Shown piece after piece: positions 39,831 through 52,637 of a DNA stretch of 64,000 nucleotides. Under the pieces are notes generated by a model. That model made no database searches, had not been told where the DNA came from, and was given only the letters and a program-made list of their open reading frames with translations. The translations under genes were made by a program, and so were the position numbers. The stretch comes from Somniosus microcephalus (Eukaryota). The stretch is taken from assembly GCA_052327205.1 (NCBI GenBank), contig CM126202.1, positions 373,674,001-373,738,000 of the forward strand, read 5' to 3'. The stretch's first letter is position 1, and the number at the start of each line of letters is the position of its first letter.

Positions 39831-40439
39831 TTTTGTGCATAAATGGATGTTCTTGAAAACTTCAGACTCTTGCCATTTAAATAAAAAAATAGTCACCATG
39901 GCCAAATTGATTTTAAAGTATGATGCTGCCATGGTCTATTTGAAGAGTGATGCTGCTGCAAATCTAAATATCTAATCTTTTCTTTCTTCTGTTTTGTGTA
40001 TACCTATATTGAAATGAATTTTTAAAAAGTAGAATTACTAAGCTTCCATCAGTGTTGTTTAGAAATTGTTTGAAGTTTGCTGCATAAACATGTCTAAGTT
40101 CTACCATTACCCGAGTAACATGGTGCATTCATTTTAAATACATGCAAGATGTGCATGTCTGTCCAAGGGGTTGTGTCAACCTTAGAGATTGTTCACAACT
40201 CTCCAACTTCCTCAGGGGCCCACTGGCCCAGTTCAATGCAATACTAAGCCACTCAGACCAAAAGATGCCAGCTTTGATTCCTGGCCTGTGCGGAGTTATC
40301 TGACCGCAGCTCTGGCAGCAGTTGGGATTGCTAAAATTGGCCTCAAAACCCCCAGGTGAGAAAAATGAAAAAAATAGGCAGCCACTACTCTGCATTGAAA
40401 TCAAAAGCTCCCTTAATCATGAAAGCCAGTGATACCTTT

Positions 40440-40600
40440 AATCAGTCACACAGCAATGAGATAAATGACCAGATATGTTCAGTGATGTTAGTTTTGAGGG
40501 ATAAATGTTGGCCAGGACACCAGAAGAGCTTCCCTGCTCTTCTTTGGATAGTCCCATGGGACCTTTTACATCCACTTGAGAGGACAGACTTGGTTTAACA
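40440..40600 (-). mobile_element. Deu-SINE fragment
   Basis: GAGGGATAAATGTTGGCCAGGACAC...CCCTGCTCTTCTT...TTTTACATCCAC. Confidence 0.7.
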
Positions 40601-41069
40601 GCAATCATCCTTCTTTCATTGCCATGGGGAGTGAGCCTTTATATCAACATAAAAAGGATACAGGGTTAATGTGAAATACAGAGAAAACAATCCAGATCCA
40701 GTTGTTTCTATATAAAACACAAAAGATTGACAGAGCAGTCAGGCACAGATCAAGGGCACATTTTACCTCCGTAATTGCAGATGCATATCACAAGATCTAA
40801 ACATGCTTGAAAGCCCCTGATGTATCTGTGTGCAGAAATCCAATTTCTATCTGATACGTATCTCACACTAATGAGTTGATATATAAAATACTGCCATGCA
40901 TGACTTGCCTTTAATCACGAGCATTAATGTAAATTCCACACAAGATGGAGAATGTCAGTCCCCCTGTTCCTCATGCTCTCAAGAAGGGGCTGCCCTCCTT
41001 TTTATTAGTTCAGTAAAATCAATGATCATGCTTGTCTCAATGAAGACAAAAGCCTATTTGTCCCTTAAC

Positions 41070-41369
41070 ATAGGCATAGTTTCAGAATAAAGGGTTGCCC
41101 TTTTAGAACAGAGATGAGGAGGTATTTCTTCTCTCAGAGGGTCGTAAATCTGTGGAATTCGCTGCTCCAGAGAGCCGTGGAAGCTGGGTCATTAAATACA
41201 TTTAAGGTGGAGATAGACAGATTTTTGCAAGATAAGGGAATGAATGGTTATGGGGAATGGGCAGGGAAGTGGCTTTGAGCCCAAGATCAGCCATGATCTT
41301 ATTGAATGGCGGAGCAGGCTCAAGGGGCCAAGTGGCCTATTCCTGCTCCGATTTCTTATGTTCTTATGT
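41070..41369 (+). mobile_element. CR1 3' fragment
   Basis: TEMRRYFFSQRVVNLWNSL-coding segment and a TTCTTATG tail. Confidence 0.85.
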
Positions 41370-41437
41370 TAACCTTTTTTGTTTTGTAAAACTTCATCCC
41401 ATTTTAGGTACATTCCATTCAGAGGCAGGTTTCTCCA

Positions 41438-42101
41438 CAGGTAGAGCTGGAGGAGCCGCAGCCCTTGCTCTTGACCAACAGGTTCGAGGTTCTTACTCCC
41501 TGTGGGGACAGGAGCGGGGACTGCAGGGAGGATGAGCAACCTGGCCACAGCACCGTGGAACGGGGGCCATTCAAGAGGGGGGAGTAAATAGAAATGTTGT
41601 AGTGGTAGGGGATAGTATTATTAGGGGGATAGATAGAGTTCTCTGCAGCCGAGAGCGAGAGTCCCGAAGGCTGTGTTGCCTACCCGGTGCCAGGGTTAAG
41701 GACATCTCCTCTGGGCTGGAAAGAAACTTGCAGTGGGAGGGGGTGGATCCAGTTGTCATGGTCCATGTTGGTACAAACGATGTAGATAGGACTAGGAAGC
41801 CGGTTCTGTTAAAGCAGTATGAGCAGCTAGGGGTCAAATTAAAAAACAGAACCTCAAGGGTAATAATCTCTGGATTATTACCTGAGCCACGAGCGAATTT
41901 GGCTAGGACAAATAAAATTAGAGAGTTAAATGTGTGGCTCAAAGACTGGTGTGGGAGAAATGGGTTTTGCTTCCTGGGACACTGGCACCAGTAATGGGGC
42001 AGGAGGGAGCTGTTCCGTTGGGACAGGCTTCACTTGGCCAGTGCTGGGACTAGAGTCCTGGCGGATCATATAACTAGGGCTGTAGAGAGGGCTTTAAACT
42101 A
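41438..42101 (+). pseudogene. CR1 ORF1 C-terminal part with an SGNH/GDSL esterase domain
   Basis: LTNRFEVL, VVGDSIIRG, CLPGARVKD, VHVGTND. Frameshift in a G-run near 41562; TAA at 41992 interrupts HWHQ*WGRRELF...LHL. Confidence 0.9.
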
Positions 42102-42140
42102 ACTAGTGGGGGGGAGGTTCCTAGAGAGCAAATAATAAAA

Positions 42141-45097
42141 ATGACAACAGAGAAGGTCATAGACTTAGATAGCAGTGGGGAAATTAAAAACCAGAGTGTG
42201 CCAGGAAGGGGCAGAAGGTATGGAGTAAAAGGTAAAGTAATAAAAAGGGCAAAAGCAGGAACTAAGTGTCACAAAACATATTTGAAAGCTCTCTATCTGA
42301 ATGCACGTAGCATTTGTAACAAAATAGACGAGTTAATGGCACAAATAATTACATATGGGTATGATCTTGTGGCCATTACAGAAACATGGCTGCAGGGTGA
42401 CAATGCCTGGGAATTAAACATACCAGGTTATTTAACGATCAGGAAGGACAGGCAGGAAGGAAGGGGAGGTGGGGTGGCTATGTTAATAAAGGAAGGAATC
42501 ACTGTAATACAGAGAAATTATATTGGGTCAAAAGATCAGGATAATGAAACAGTTTGGGTGGAGGTAAGGAATAATAAGGGGGAAAAAAACACTAGTGGGC
42601 GTAGTCTATAGGCCTCCGAACAGTTGCAACTCTGTTGGACAGAGTATCAATCAGGAAATAGTTGAGGCTTGTAATAAGGGAACATCTATAATTATGGGGG
42701 ATTTTAACTATCATATTAATTGGACAAATCAAATTGGGCAGGGCTGCCTTGAGGATGAGTTCATTGAGTGTATTAGGGATGGGTTTCTTGAGCAGTGTGT
42801 AACTGAACCAACCAGGGGGCAAGCAACCTTAGATCTGGTCCTGTGTAACGAGACAGGATTAATTAAAAATGTCCTAGTAAAGGATCCCCTTGGAATGAGT
42901 GACCATAACATGGTTGAATTCCATATTCAATTAGAGGGTGAGAAGGTTGGATCTCAAACAAGCGTGCTAAGCTTGAATAAAGGAGACTATGAAGGTATGA
43001 GAACGGGATTGAGTAGAGTGGATTGGGAAAATAGATTAAAGTGTAAGATGATACATGATCAGTGGTGTACATTTAAGGAGTTATTTTGCAACTTCCAAAA
43101 AATATATATTCCACTGAGAAGAAAAGGGTGTAAAAGAAAAGACAGCCATCCGTGGCTAAGTAAAGAAATTAAGGATAGTATTCGACTAAAAACAAGGGCA
43201 TATAAGGTAGCCAAATCTAGTGGGAGGATAGAGGATTGGGAAAACTTTAAAAGACAGCAAAAAGTAACAAAAAGATTGATTAAGAAAGGGAAGATAGATT
43301 ATGAAAGTAATAAATTAGCAAAAAATATAAAAACAGATAGTAAGAGTTTTTATAGTTATATAAAAAGAAAAAGGGTGGCTAAAGTAAATGTTGGTCCCTT
43401 AGAGGATGAGACCGGGAAATTAATGGTGGGAAATATGGAGATGGCAAAAACACTGAATGAATATTTTGTATCAGTCTTTACAGTAGAAGACACTAAGAAT
43501 ATCCCAACACTGGACAAACAGGGGGCTATGGGGGGGGGAGGAGCTAAACACGATCAAAATCACTAAGGAAGTGGTACTCGGTAAAATAATGGGACTCAAG
43601 GCAGATAAATCACCTGGACCTGATGGCTTACATCCTAGGGTCTTGAGGGAAGTGGCAGTAGGGATTGTGGATGCATTGGTAATAATTTTCCAAAACTCCC
43701 TGGAATCAGCAAAGGTCCCGGCAGACTGGAAAACTGCTAATGTAACGCCCTTATTTAAAAAGGGCAGTAGACAGAAGGCTGGAAACTATAGACCGGTTAG
43801 CCTAACATCTGTGGTAGGTAAAATATTGGAGTCCATTATTAAGGAGACAGTAACAGGACATTTGGATAATCATAATTTAATAGGACAAAGTCAGCATGGT
43901 TTTATGAAGGGGAAGTCATGTTTGACAAATTTGCTGGAGTTCTTTGAGGAAGTAACATATAGGGTGGATAAAGGGGAACCAGTGGACGTAGTGTATTTAG
44001 ACTTCCAAAAGGCATTTGACAAGGTGCCACACAAAAGATTATTGCTTAAGATAAAAAATTACGGGATTGGGGGTAATATTCTGGCATGGATAGAGGATTG
44101 GCTATCTAATAGAAAGCAGAGAGTTGGGATAAATGGTTCATTCTCGGACTGGCAATCAGTAACTAGTGGTGTTCCACAGGGGTCAGTGCTGGGTCCCCAA
44201 CTCTTTACAATCTATATTAACGATTTGGAGGAGGGGACCGAGTGTAATATATCAAAGTTTGCAGATGATACTAAGATGGGAGGGAAAGTAGTGAGTGAGG
44301 AGGACATAAAAAACCTGCAAGGGGACATAGACAGGCTAAGTAAGTGGGCAGAGATTTGGCAGATGGAATACAATACTGGAAAGTGTGAGGTTATGCACTT
44401 TGGCAGGAAAAATCGTAGAGCAAGTTATTATCTTAATGGCAAGAAACTGGAAAGTACTGAAGTACAAAGGGATCTGGGGGTCCTGGTGCACGAAACTCAA
44501 AAGGTTAGTATGCAGGTGCAGCAAGTGATTAAGGTGGCCAATGGAATGTTGGCTTTCATTGCTAGGGGGATAGAATATAAAAATAGGGAGGTATTGCTTC
44601 AGCTGTACAAGGTATTGGTGAGACCGCACCTGGAATACTGCATACAGTTTTGGTGTCCATACTTAAGAAAAGACATACTTGCTCTCGAGTCAGTACAAAG
44701 AAGGTTCACTCGGTTAATCCCGGGGATGAGGGGATGGACATATGAGGAGAGGTTGAGTAGATTGGGACTCTACTCATTGGAGTTCAGAAGAATGAGAGGC
44801 GATCTTATTGAAACATATAAGATTGTGAAGGGGTTGGATCGGGTGGATGCGGGGAAGATGTTCCCGATGATGGGTGAAACTAGAACTAGGGGGCATAGTC
44901 TTAGAATAAGGGGCTGCTCTTTCAAAACTGAGATGAGGAGGAACTACTTCACTCAGAGGGTGGTAGGTCCATGGAATATGCTGCCCCAAAAAGCTGTAGA
45001 AGCTACATCATTACATAAATTTAAAACAGAAATAGACAGTTTCCTAGAAGTAAAGGGAATAAAGGGTTACGGGGAGCGGGCAGGAATTTGGACATGA
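42141..45097 (+). pseudogene. CR1 ORF2 (AP endonuclease plus reverse transcriptase) split by two +1 frameshifts
   Basis: YLNARSI, AITETWL, GDFN and SDH (APE); GVPQGSVLGP and FADD (RT). ORFs 42141-42611, 42595-43566 and 43571-45097 are otherwise stop-free. Confidence 0.95.
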
Positions 45098-45396
45098 GTC
45101 TAGGTTCGGATCGGTCATGGCCCTGTGGGTAGCGGAGCGGGCCCAGGGGCCATGTAGCCTGGTAGCCTGAACCTGCTCCTATTTCGTGTGTCTAATTCTG
45201 TTAGATTCAGGAGATGGTTCAGTGATAGTAGATTGGCGGTTAGGATCAGATCATGATCTTACGGCTCGAGGGGCCGATTTGCCTACTCCTGCTCCTATTC
45301 CTGCTCCTATTTCTTATGTTCTTATGTTCTTATGCTCGCTGGCTCAATTTTGGTAATTGGCAAGGAATTAGCACATCTCAGCAAAATCTCAGCCCG

Positions 45397-47098
45397 GCAG
45401 ATGGAATCTGTGCCGAGGCACTAAAGCATGATGAAGAAGCACTACTGGTGCGAATTCATGAACTCATTTCTCTTATCTGGAAGGAGGAAAGCATGCCAGG
45501 GGATTTCAGAGATGCCGTAATTGTGACCATCTTCAAGAAAGGTGACAAGTCCGATTGCGGTAATTACAGAGGAGTTTCCCTGCTGTCTGCCACAGGGAAA
45601 GTCATCGGAAGAATCCTCATCAATCGCCTTCTCCCAGTGACCGAAGAGCTCCTCCCAGAGTCGCAATGCGGATTCCGCCCACTAAGGGACACAATGAACA
45701 TGATCTTCACCACGCGTCAATTACAAGAGAAATGCAGGGAACAGCAGCAACCGCTGTACATGGCCTTCTTTGATCTCACATAGGCCTTCGACACTGTCAA
45801 CTGTGAGGGATTATGGAGTGTCCTCCTCAAATTCAGCTGCCCTCAAAGGTTTGTCACCATCCTCCGCCTGCTTCACAACGACATGCAAGCCGTGATCCTG
45901 ACCAACAGTTCCACCACAGACCCAATTCATGTATGGACCAGGGTCAAGCAAGACTGCATCACTGCACCAATGCTCTTCTCGATCTTCCTTGCTGCAATGC
46001 TCCATCTCACCCTCAGTAAGCTCCCCACTGGAGTGGAGCTAATTTACAGAACAAATGGGAAACCGTCACCTCCAGTCCAGATCAAAGGTTGTCCCATCCT
46101 CTGCCGTCGAATTACAGTATGCAGACAATGCTTGCGTCTGCGCTCACTCGGAGGTTGAACTCCAAACCATCTTCAACACCTTCACTGAAGCGTACGAGAG
46201 TAAGGGCCTTACACTAAACATCTGTAAGACAAAAGTGCTCTACCAACCTACCCCCGCCACACAATATTGCCCCCCGCGATTATCAAAATCCATGACAAGG
46301 CCTTGGACAACGTGGACCACTTTCCATACCTCGGGAGCCTACTGTCAACAAGGGCAGACATCGAAAACAAAGTTCAACACCGCCTTCAGTGTGCCAGTGC
46401 AGCCTTCGGTCGCCTGAGGAAGAGAGTGTTTGAAGACCAGGACCTCAAACCCAGCACTAAGCTCATGGTCTACAGAGCAGCAGTGATACCCGCCCTGCTG
46501 TATGCCTCAGAGACATGGACCATGTACAGCAGGCATCTCAAAGCACTGGAGAGGTACCACCAACACTGCCTCTGCAAGATCCTGCAAATCCATTGGCAGG
46601 ATAGACGCACCAACGTCAGTGTTCTCGCTTAGGCCAACATCCCCAGCATCAAAGCTTTGACCATGCTCGAACAGCTCCGATGGATGGGTCACATCGTTCG
46701 CATGCCCCATACGAGACTCCCAAAACAAGCGCTTTACTTGGAGCTCCGACACGGCAAGAGAGCCCCAGGCGGGCAGAGGAAACGCTTCAAGGACACCCTC
46801 AAAGCCTCCTTGAAAAGGTGCAACATCCTCACTGACACCTGGCCCAAGACCACACAAATTGGAGGAGAAGCATCCGGGAAGGCGCCGAACACCTCGAGTC
46901 TCTTCGCCGGGAGCAAATGGAAGCCAAGCGCAAGGAACGCACGTCAACCCAAGCACCCCACCCACCCGCACCTTCAACAACTGTCTGCCCCACCTGTGAC
47001 AGAGACTGTAGGTCTGGCATTGGACTCATCAGTCACCTGAGAACTCATTTTTAATGTGGAAGCCAGTCATCCTCGGTTCCGAGGGACTGCCTAAGAAG
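45397..47098 (+). mobile_element. 5'-truncated RTE (BovB-like) LINE
   Basis: NYRGVSLLSATGKV, LPESQCGFR, LQYADN and FPYLGS, a C-terminal CPTC...HLRTH, and a GCCTAAGAAG tail. Several stops. Confidence 0.93.
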
Positions 47099-48778
47099 GA
47101 GGAGATACAGGGATGGAGGGGGGGGGTAATCCTGACCCCCAGCTTTTCATTGTTAAGAATGTGTATCTTCATTTCCAGTATGTAAATCCACAAGGCTGAA
47201 AAACTACACCCAAATTGCCCTCATACAGCACCGAGAGAGGACAATTGGTCCTTAAGACTCTTGCCACTAATAATGCTGGCAGAATCATTCTTTATTAACT
47301 TTGAACAGCAATCTCAATAAGTAATCCTTAGGATAATTTTCAATGTTAAATCCCATCTCCTTCGGGAAGCAACAGTGACTAACATTTTCATAGTAGCAAT
47401 GTTGCTAAAGCAGCCTTTCCCGGAAATAACCTGGACTGAAGACTTTGCTGAACATCTATCATCTTGGCCCTCAGAGCAAGCTTGTGGTGCAGCAGGTGGC
47501 ATATTTGTCCTGCAGTGTGTTTTGAAATCAAACCTGAGCAGTTGTGTTTGGGATTTGATGACAAAGCATCGTGCACACCTTCAGATCTAACCCAGTAAAC
47601 CTGTCTTACAAATGCTGGAATGTCCTTTTCAAAGGAATTGCTGACCTTTACTCCTTTTGCCTAATTCTGCCAATGCGTAAAGGAGACTGATTGTTCTAAA
47701 CACTTCATTTTTGTGACTTCAATGGATCATGACAGGCTAGTTAATTGCAAAATTGGGTTGCTATAAAATCAGACCCTGAAAGTATCAATTGGCACAATGG
47801 CTTGAAGACAGCACAGTGAAGCCCTGTAACTCTTCCATGCAAACACTACCACTACATCTTAACTTTTGCAAATAAAGCTCTTAAAAGGATGCCAATGATA
47901 TTGATAGGTCATTGACACTGCTTCTTGATGCTATTTATCGACAGGGAACACAATGAGGTCATTCATACTGTGGTAATGTAGTATACATCTGAAAGCTGCA
48001 TTGTGTGAACAGTATCAAGTTAAGCACAGCATTCTGGACTTTAGCCTCCCTTAAATGGCATTATCATCCACTTATCAATCTAGAACTCTTACAATTACTT
48101 GATTTCAAAAAAGATTGTAGAGCATTCACACCCACTTATTTTCTTCCTTTCTATCCTGATGGAAATGATTCATGCTAGATGACATGTTTCCACAGGCACC
48201 GGTAGTGATCCAATAACTTGTCTAAGTGGCCGTTCTTCATGTCTGAGTTTAGACAAATGAGCTTCAGCAGGCGAATAGAGCATAAAGATTATCACAGCAA
48301 AACCCAATCTCCTTCTTGCCCAACATCCACCTCCAAAGAGCAGTTGTCACAGGATAATGATCAGGCGGAGGAACCCTAACTGACTTCACTGGAACATCGA
48401 AGTTACATCAACAGAGATCATCATAAGCCAGTGATCCAAACTCAGACAATTTCTGGTCTGGATGGGTCAGTTCCACACTGGGCAATGGATTTATGCACTG
48501 AACTATTGAGGGAGCTCCTAATCCAACTTCCTTTACTTGCAACTAGTGGTCTTTAGCACATCACACTGAAGGGATATATGAAGGCTTATTCCCCAAATGG
48601 GAGCTTCTGGCGAGAAGAGTTGCTCACAGAGGGCATTGGTCAGGACATCAGCCATTGATTTTCCATCCAGTTAAATTGATGGACTGGAGGTCAGAAACTG
48701 TGGGTTGGTATTCCCAGCCAATAGCCCTGTAGTGGTACAGTAGCAGTATGTTTGTGTGTGTGCTAGACCGTTGTAACA

Positions 48779-51700
48779 GAGCCTGGTCTCCAATCGTCTT
48801 GGATCCCCTTGCCATTGGACCAAGACCTTGCTCTGTCAAGCCCGTGTGGTAGCTGGTGTGCAATGGCCACCCCACATTAAAAGAATTCACGCACAGGCAT
48901 CTTCCACCCTTTAAAATGAAGTTCGGGACCTGGAATGTCAGGACCCTCATGGACAACCCCAACAGTGACAGACCGGAACGCCATACTGCTATCATTGCCT
49001 GGGAGCTCAGATGCTTCGACATTGGCATCGCCGCCCTAAGTGAGATCCGGCGGGCAGGGGAAGGCCAGCTCGAGGAGAAAGGCGCTGGTTACACCTTCTT
49101 CTGGAAAGGCAAACCTGAAGAAGAACGCCGCCCCCATGGGGTAGGCTTCGCCATAAAAAATGAACTGGTTGGGCGTCTCAGAGACTCCCCTAGCGGTATA
49201 AACGAGCGCCTCATGACTCTTCGACTCACCCTAGCCCGAAACCAGTGCGCTACGGTCATCAGTGCGTACGCCCCAACACTGGAAGCCACAGACGAGACCA
49301 AAGAGGAATTCTACTCCAGCCTCGAACAATCCCTGTCCCGAGTCCCAACGGGCAACAAGCTGATCCTCCTTGGCGACTTTAACGCCAGAGTTGGAAAGGG
49401 CACAGACCTCTGTGCTGGAGCACTCAAAGAGCCCGCTAAGAAAGCCCTATTCAGCCTGCGCCTCACAAACAACCTGATGACTCCCAGTGATGCAGAGACA
49501 CAGAGTGCCCACAGCGTCTGGTCTGCACTCAAGGCCTCCATAATCAGCACCTGTGAAGAGACGCTCGGTCACTCGACCAGGAAACACCAAAACTGGTTCG
49601 ACAAGAATGACCAGGAGATCCAGGAGCTAATAAGCCGCAAGCACAAGGCATTCCTGATCTGGAAACATCAACAGAACTCGAGAACAAGAAAGCAGCTCTA
49701 CAGAAGCCTAAAGGACGAGGTCCAGCAAAAAACTCGAACTAAAGAACAGATGGTGGGTGGACAAAGCGCAGGAGATCCAGCAGCTAGCCGACAACCACAA
49801 CGTGCATGGATTCTTTAGCGCAGTCAGGACCATCTGCGGCCCAAGCACTCAAGGCCCTTCCCCACTGCGGGCCAAGAACGGAGAGGTACTCATCAAGGAC
49901 AGAGAGGCAGTCAGTGCCCGCTGGAAGGAGCACTTCAAAGATCTCCTTAACCACGACTCTGTCTTCGACACGAGTGTCCTCAACTCCATCCCACAGCATG
50001 CTACCCGCCACCATCTCAGCACAACCCCAGCCTGGCATGAGGTTGAAAAGGCCATCCGACAAATGAAGAACAACAAGGCCTCAGGAGCAGATGGAATCCC
50101 CACCGAGGCACTAAAGCATGGCAGAGAAGCACTACTGGTGCAAATTCATGAACTCATTTCTCTTATCTGGAAGGAGGAGCGCATGCCAGAGGATCTCAGA
50201 GACACCGTAATTGTGACCATCTTCAAGAAAGGTGATAAGTCCGATTGCGGTAATTAGAGAGGAGTTTCCCTGCTGTCTGCCACAGGGAAAGTAATCAAAA
50301 GAATCCTCCTCAATCGCCTTCTCCCAGTGGCCGAAAAGCTCCTCTCAGAGTCGCAATGCGGATTCCGCCCACTAAGGGGCACAATGGACATGATCTTCAC
50401 CGCAAGTCAATTACAAGAGAAATGCAGGGAACAGCAGCAACCACTGTACATGGCCTTCTTTGATCTCACAAAGGCCTTCGACACTGTCAACTGTGAGGGA
50501 TTATGGAGTGTCCTCCTCAAATTCGGCTGCCCTCAAAAGTTTGTCACTATCCTCCGCCCGCTTCACGACGACATGCAAGCCGTGATCTTGACCAACGGTT
50601 CCACCACAGACCCAATTCATGTATGAACCGGGGTCAAGCAAGGCTGTGTCATTGCACCAACGCTCTTCACAGAATCACAGAATCACAGAAACCCCACAGT
50701 GCAGATAGAGGCCATTACGGCCCATCAAGCCTGCACCGACACATATCCCACCCGATCCCCGTAACCCCTACACCAACACACATCCCACCCTATCCCTGTA
50801 ACCCCACGTATTTAATCCCCCTAACACTAAGGGTCAATTTATCATAGCCAATCAACCTAACCTGCACATCTTTGGACTGTGGGAGGAAACCGGAGCACCC
50901 GGAGAAAACCCACGCAAACACGGGGAGAATGTACAAACTCCACACAGACAGTCGCCTGAGGCCGGATTCGAACCCGGGTCTCTGGCGCTGTGAGGCAACA
51001 GTGCTAACCACTATGCCACCGTGCTGCTCTTCTCGATCTTCCTTGCTACAATGCTCCATCTCACCCTTAGTAAGCTCCCCACTGTAGTGGAGCTAATTTA
51101 CAGAACAAACAGGAAACTGTTCAACCTCCGTCGCCTCCAGTCCAGATCCAAGGTCGTCCCAGCCTCTGTCGTCGAATTACAGTATGCAGACAATGCTTGC
51201 GTCTGCGCTCACTTGGAGCTCGAGCTCCAAACCATCGTCAACACCTTCACCAAAGCATACGAGAGCATGGGCCTTACACTAGACATCCGTAAGACAAAGG
51301 TCCTCTACCAACCTGCTCCCGCCACACAGTACTGTCCCCCGATTATCAAAATCCACGACAAGGCCTTGGACAACGTGGACCACTTTCCATACCTCGGGAG
51401 CCTACTGTCAAAAAGGGTAGACATCGACGACAAAGTCCAACACCGCCTTCAGTGTGCCAGTGCAGCTTTCGGTCGCCTGAGGAAGAGTGTGTTTGAAGAC
51501 TAGGACCTCAAACCCGGCACTAAGCTCATGGTCTACAGAGCAGCAGTGATACCTGTCCTGCTGTATGCATCAGAGACATGGACCATGTACAGCAGGCACC
51601 TCAAAGCACTGGAGAGGTACCACCAACGCTGCCTCCGCAAGGTCCTGCAAATCCATTGGCAGGATAGGCGCACCAACGTCAGTGTTCTTGCTCAGGCCAA

Positions 51701-52150
51701 CATCCCCAGCATCGAAGCTTTGACCACGCTCGATCAGCTCCGATGGACAGGTCACATTGTCCGCATGCCCAATACGAGACTCCCAAAACAAGCACTCAAC
51801 TTGGAGGAAACGCTTCAAGGACACCTTCAAAGCCTCCTTGAAAAAGTGTAACATCCCCACTGACACCTGGGAATCCCTGCCCCAAGACCGCAGAAAGTTG
51901 AGGAGAAGCATCCGGGAAGGTGCCGAACACCTCAAATCTCTTCGCTGGGAGCAAGCGGAAGCCAAGCGCAAGCAGCGCAAGGAGTACACTTCAACCCAAG
52001 CACCCCACCCACCTGCCCCTTCAACCACCGTCTGCCCCACCTGTGACAGAGACTGTAGGTCCCGCATTGGACTCATCAGTCACCTGCAAACTCATTTTTA
52101 ATGTGGAAGCAAGTCATCCTCGGTTCCGAGGGACTGCCTAAGAAGAAGAG
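48779..52150 (+). mobile_element. Near full-length RTE LINE with an internal deletion and a SINE insertion
   Basis: MKFGTWNVRTL...GVGFAIK...AYAPT...GDFNARVG (APE), RT, C2H2-like finger and (AAG)n tail. Possible TSD TGTAACA (48772-48778 / 52151-52157). Confidence 0.94.
50669..51025 (-). mobile_element. HE1-type V-SINE with a tRNA-derived head and a CR1-derived tail
   Basis: On the minus strand: box A TGGCATAGTGG, box B GGTTCGAATCC, V-domain GGGTGCTCCGGTTTCCTCCCACA and (TTCTGTGA)n tail. TSD GCTCTTC at 50662-50668 and 51026-51032. Confidence 0.92.
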
Positions 52151-52637
52151 TGTAACAAATCCAGATCAAACTTTCAAAAAAATATTCAATACTATTGTAA
52201 AAATTCAGGGGCAACATTCTATTAATGTTTCTCTAACAAAATAAGAATCAATCTTCAAACAGCTCCTTTGTACTCCTTCAAGACTTCCCTTTGAATAGAC
52301 CATTAGGATACTGCTATCGGGCTCTTACTTGATAAGTTGGAGTAACAACTCTCAAGCTATGATTCACATCACTTGGGACAGGATTGAATGCAATTCTTTT
52401 GTTCTTCTGACAAAGCACATAAGCCTAGACTTTTTGACTAGGGCTATTTTAACCCAGGTCCTAATCTATTTATTTTAAATGGGTTGTAACTGAGATTTCT
52501 GACAATTTGAACTAGAAGGAATTTGAGGCGATTTCTACCAAGATGTTGCTTTAAGTTGAATTCAGCACTTGAGTTTAAATACATAGAACACACAAGTTTT
52601 GAGGATTACAATCAAAATGGACTGACTGGAGAAGTGA

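Larger units (their letters stand above)
41436..45333 (+). mobile_element. Near-complete young CR1 LINE, 5'-truncated inside ORF1
   Basis: ORF1 esterase, ORF2 APE plus RT, 3' UTR and (TTCTTATG)3 tail. Confidence 0.97.

Noticed and set aside
48779-48915. Possible HDV-like ribozyme in the RTE 5' UTR
   Set aside because: Known in some RTEs, but I could not assemble the P1/P1.1/P2/P3/P4 pairings by eye; this needs a motif search.
50950-51025. tRNA-like sequence with A and B boxes
   Set aside because: It is the SINE head, continuous with the V-domain and bounded by a TSD; not a tRNA gene.
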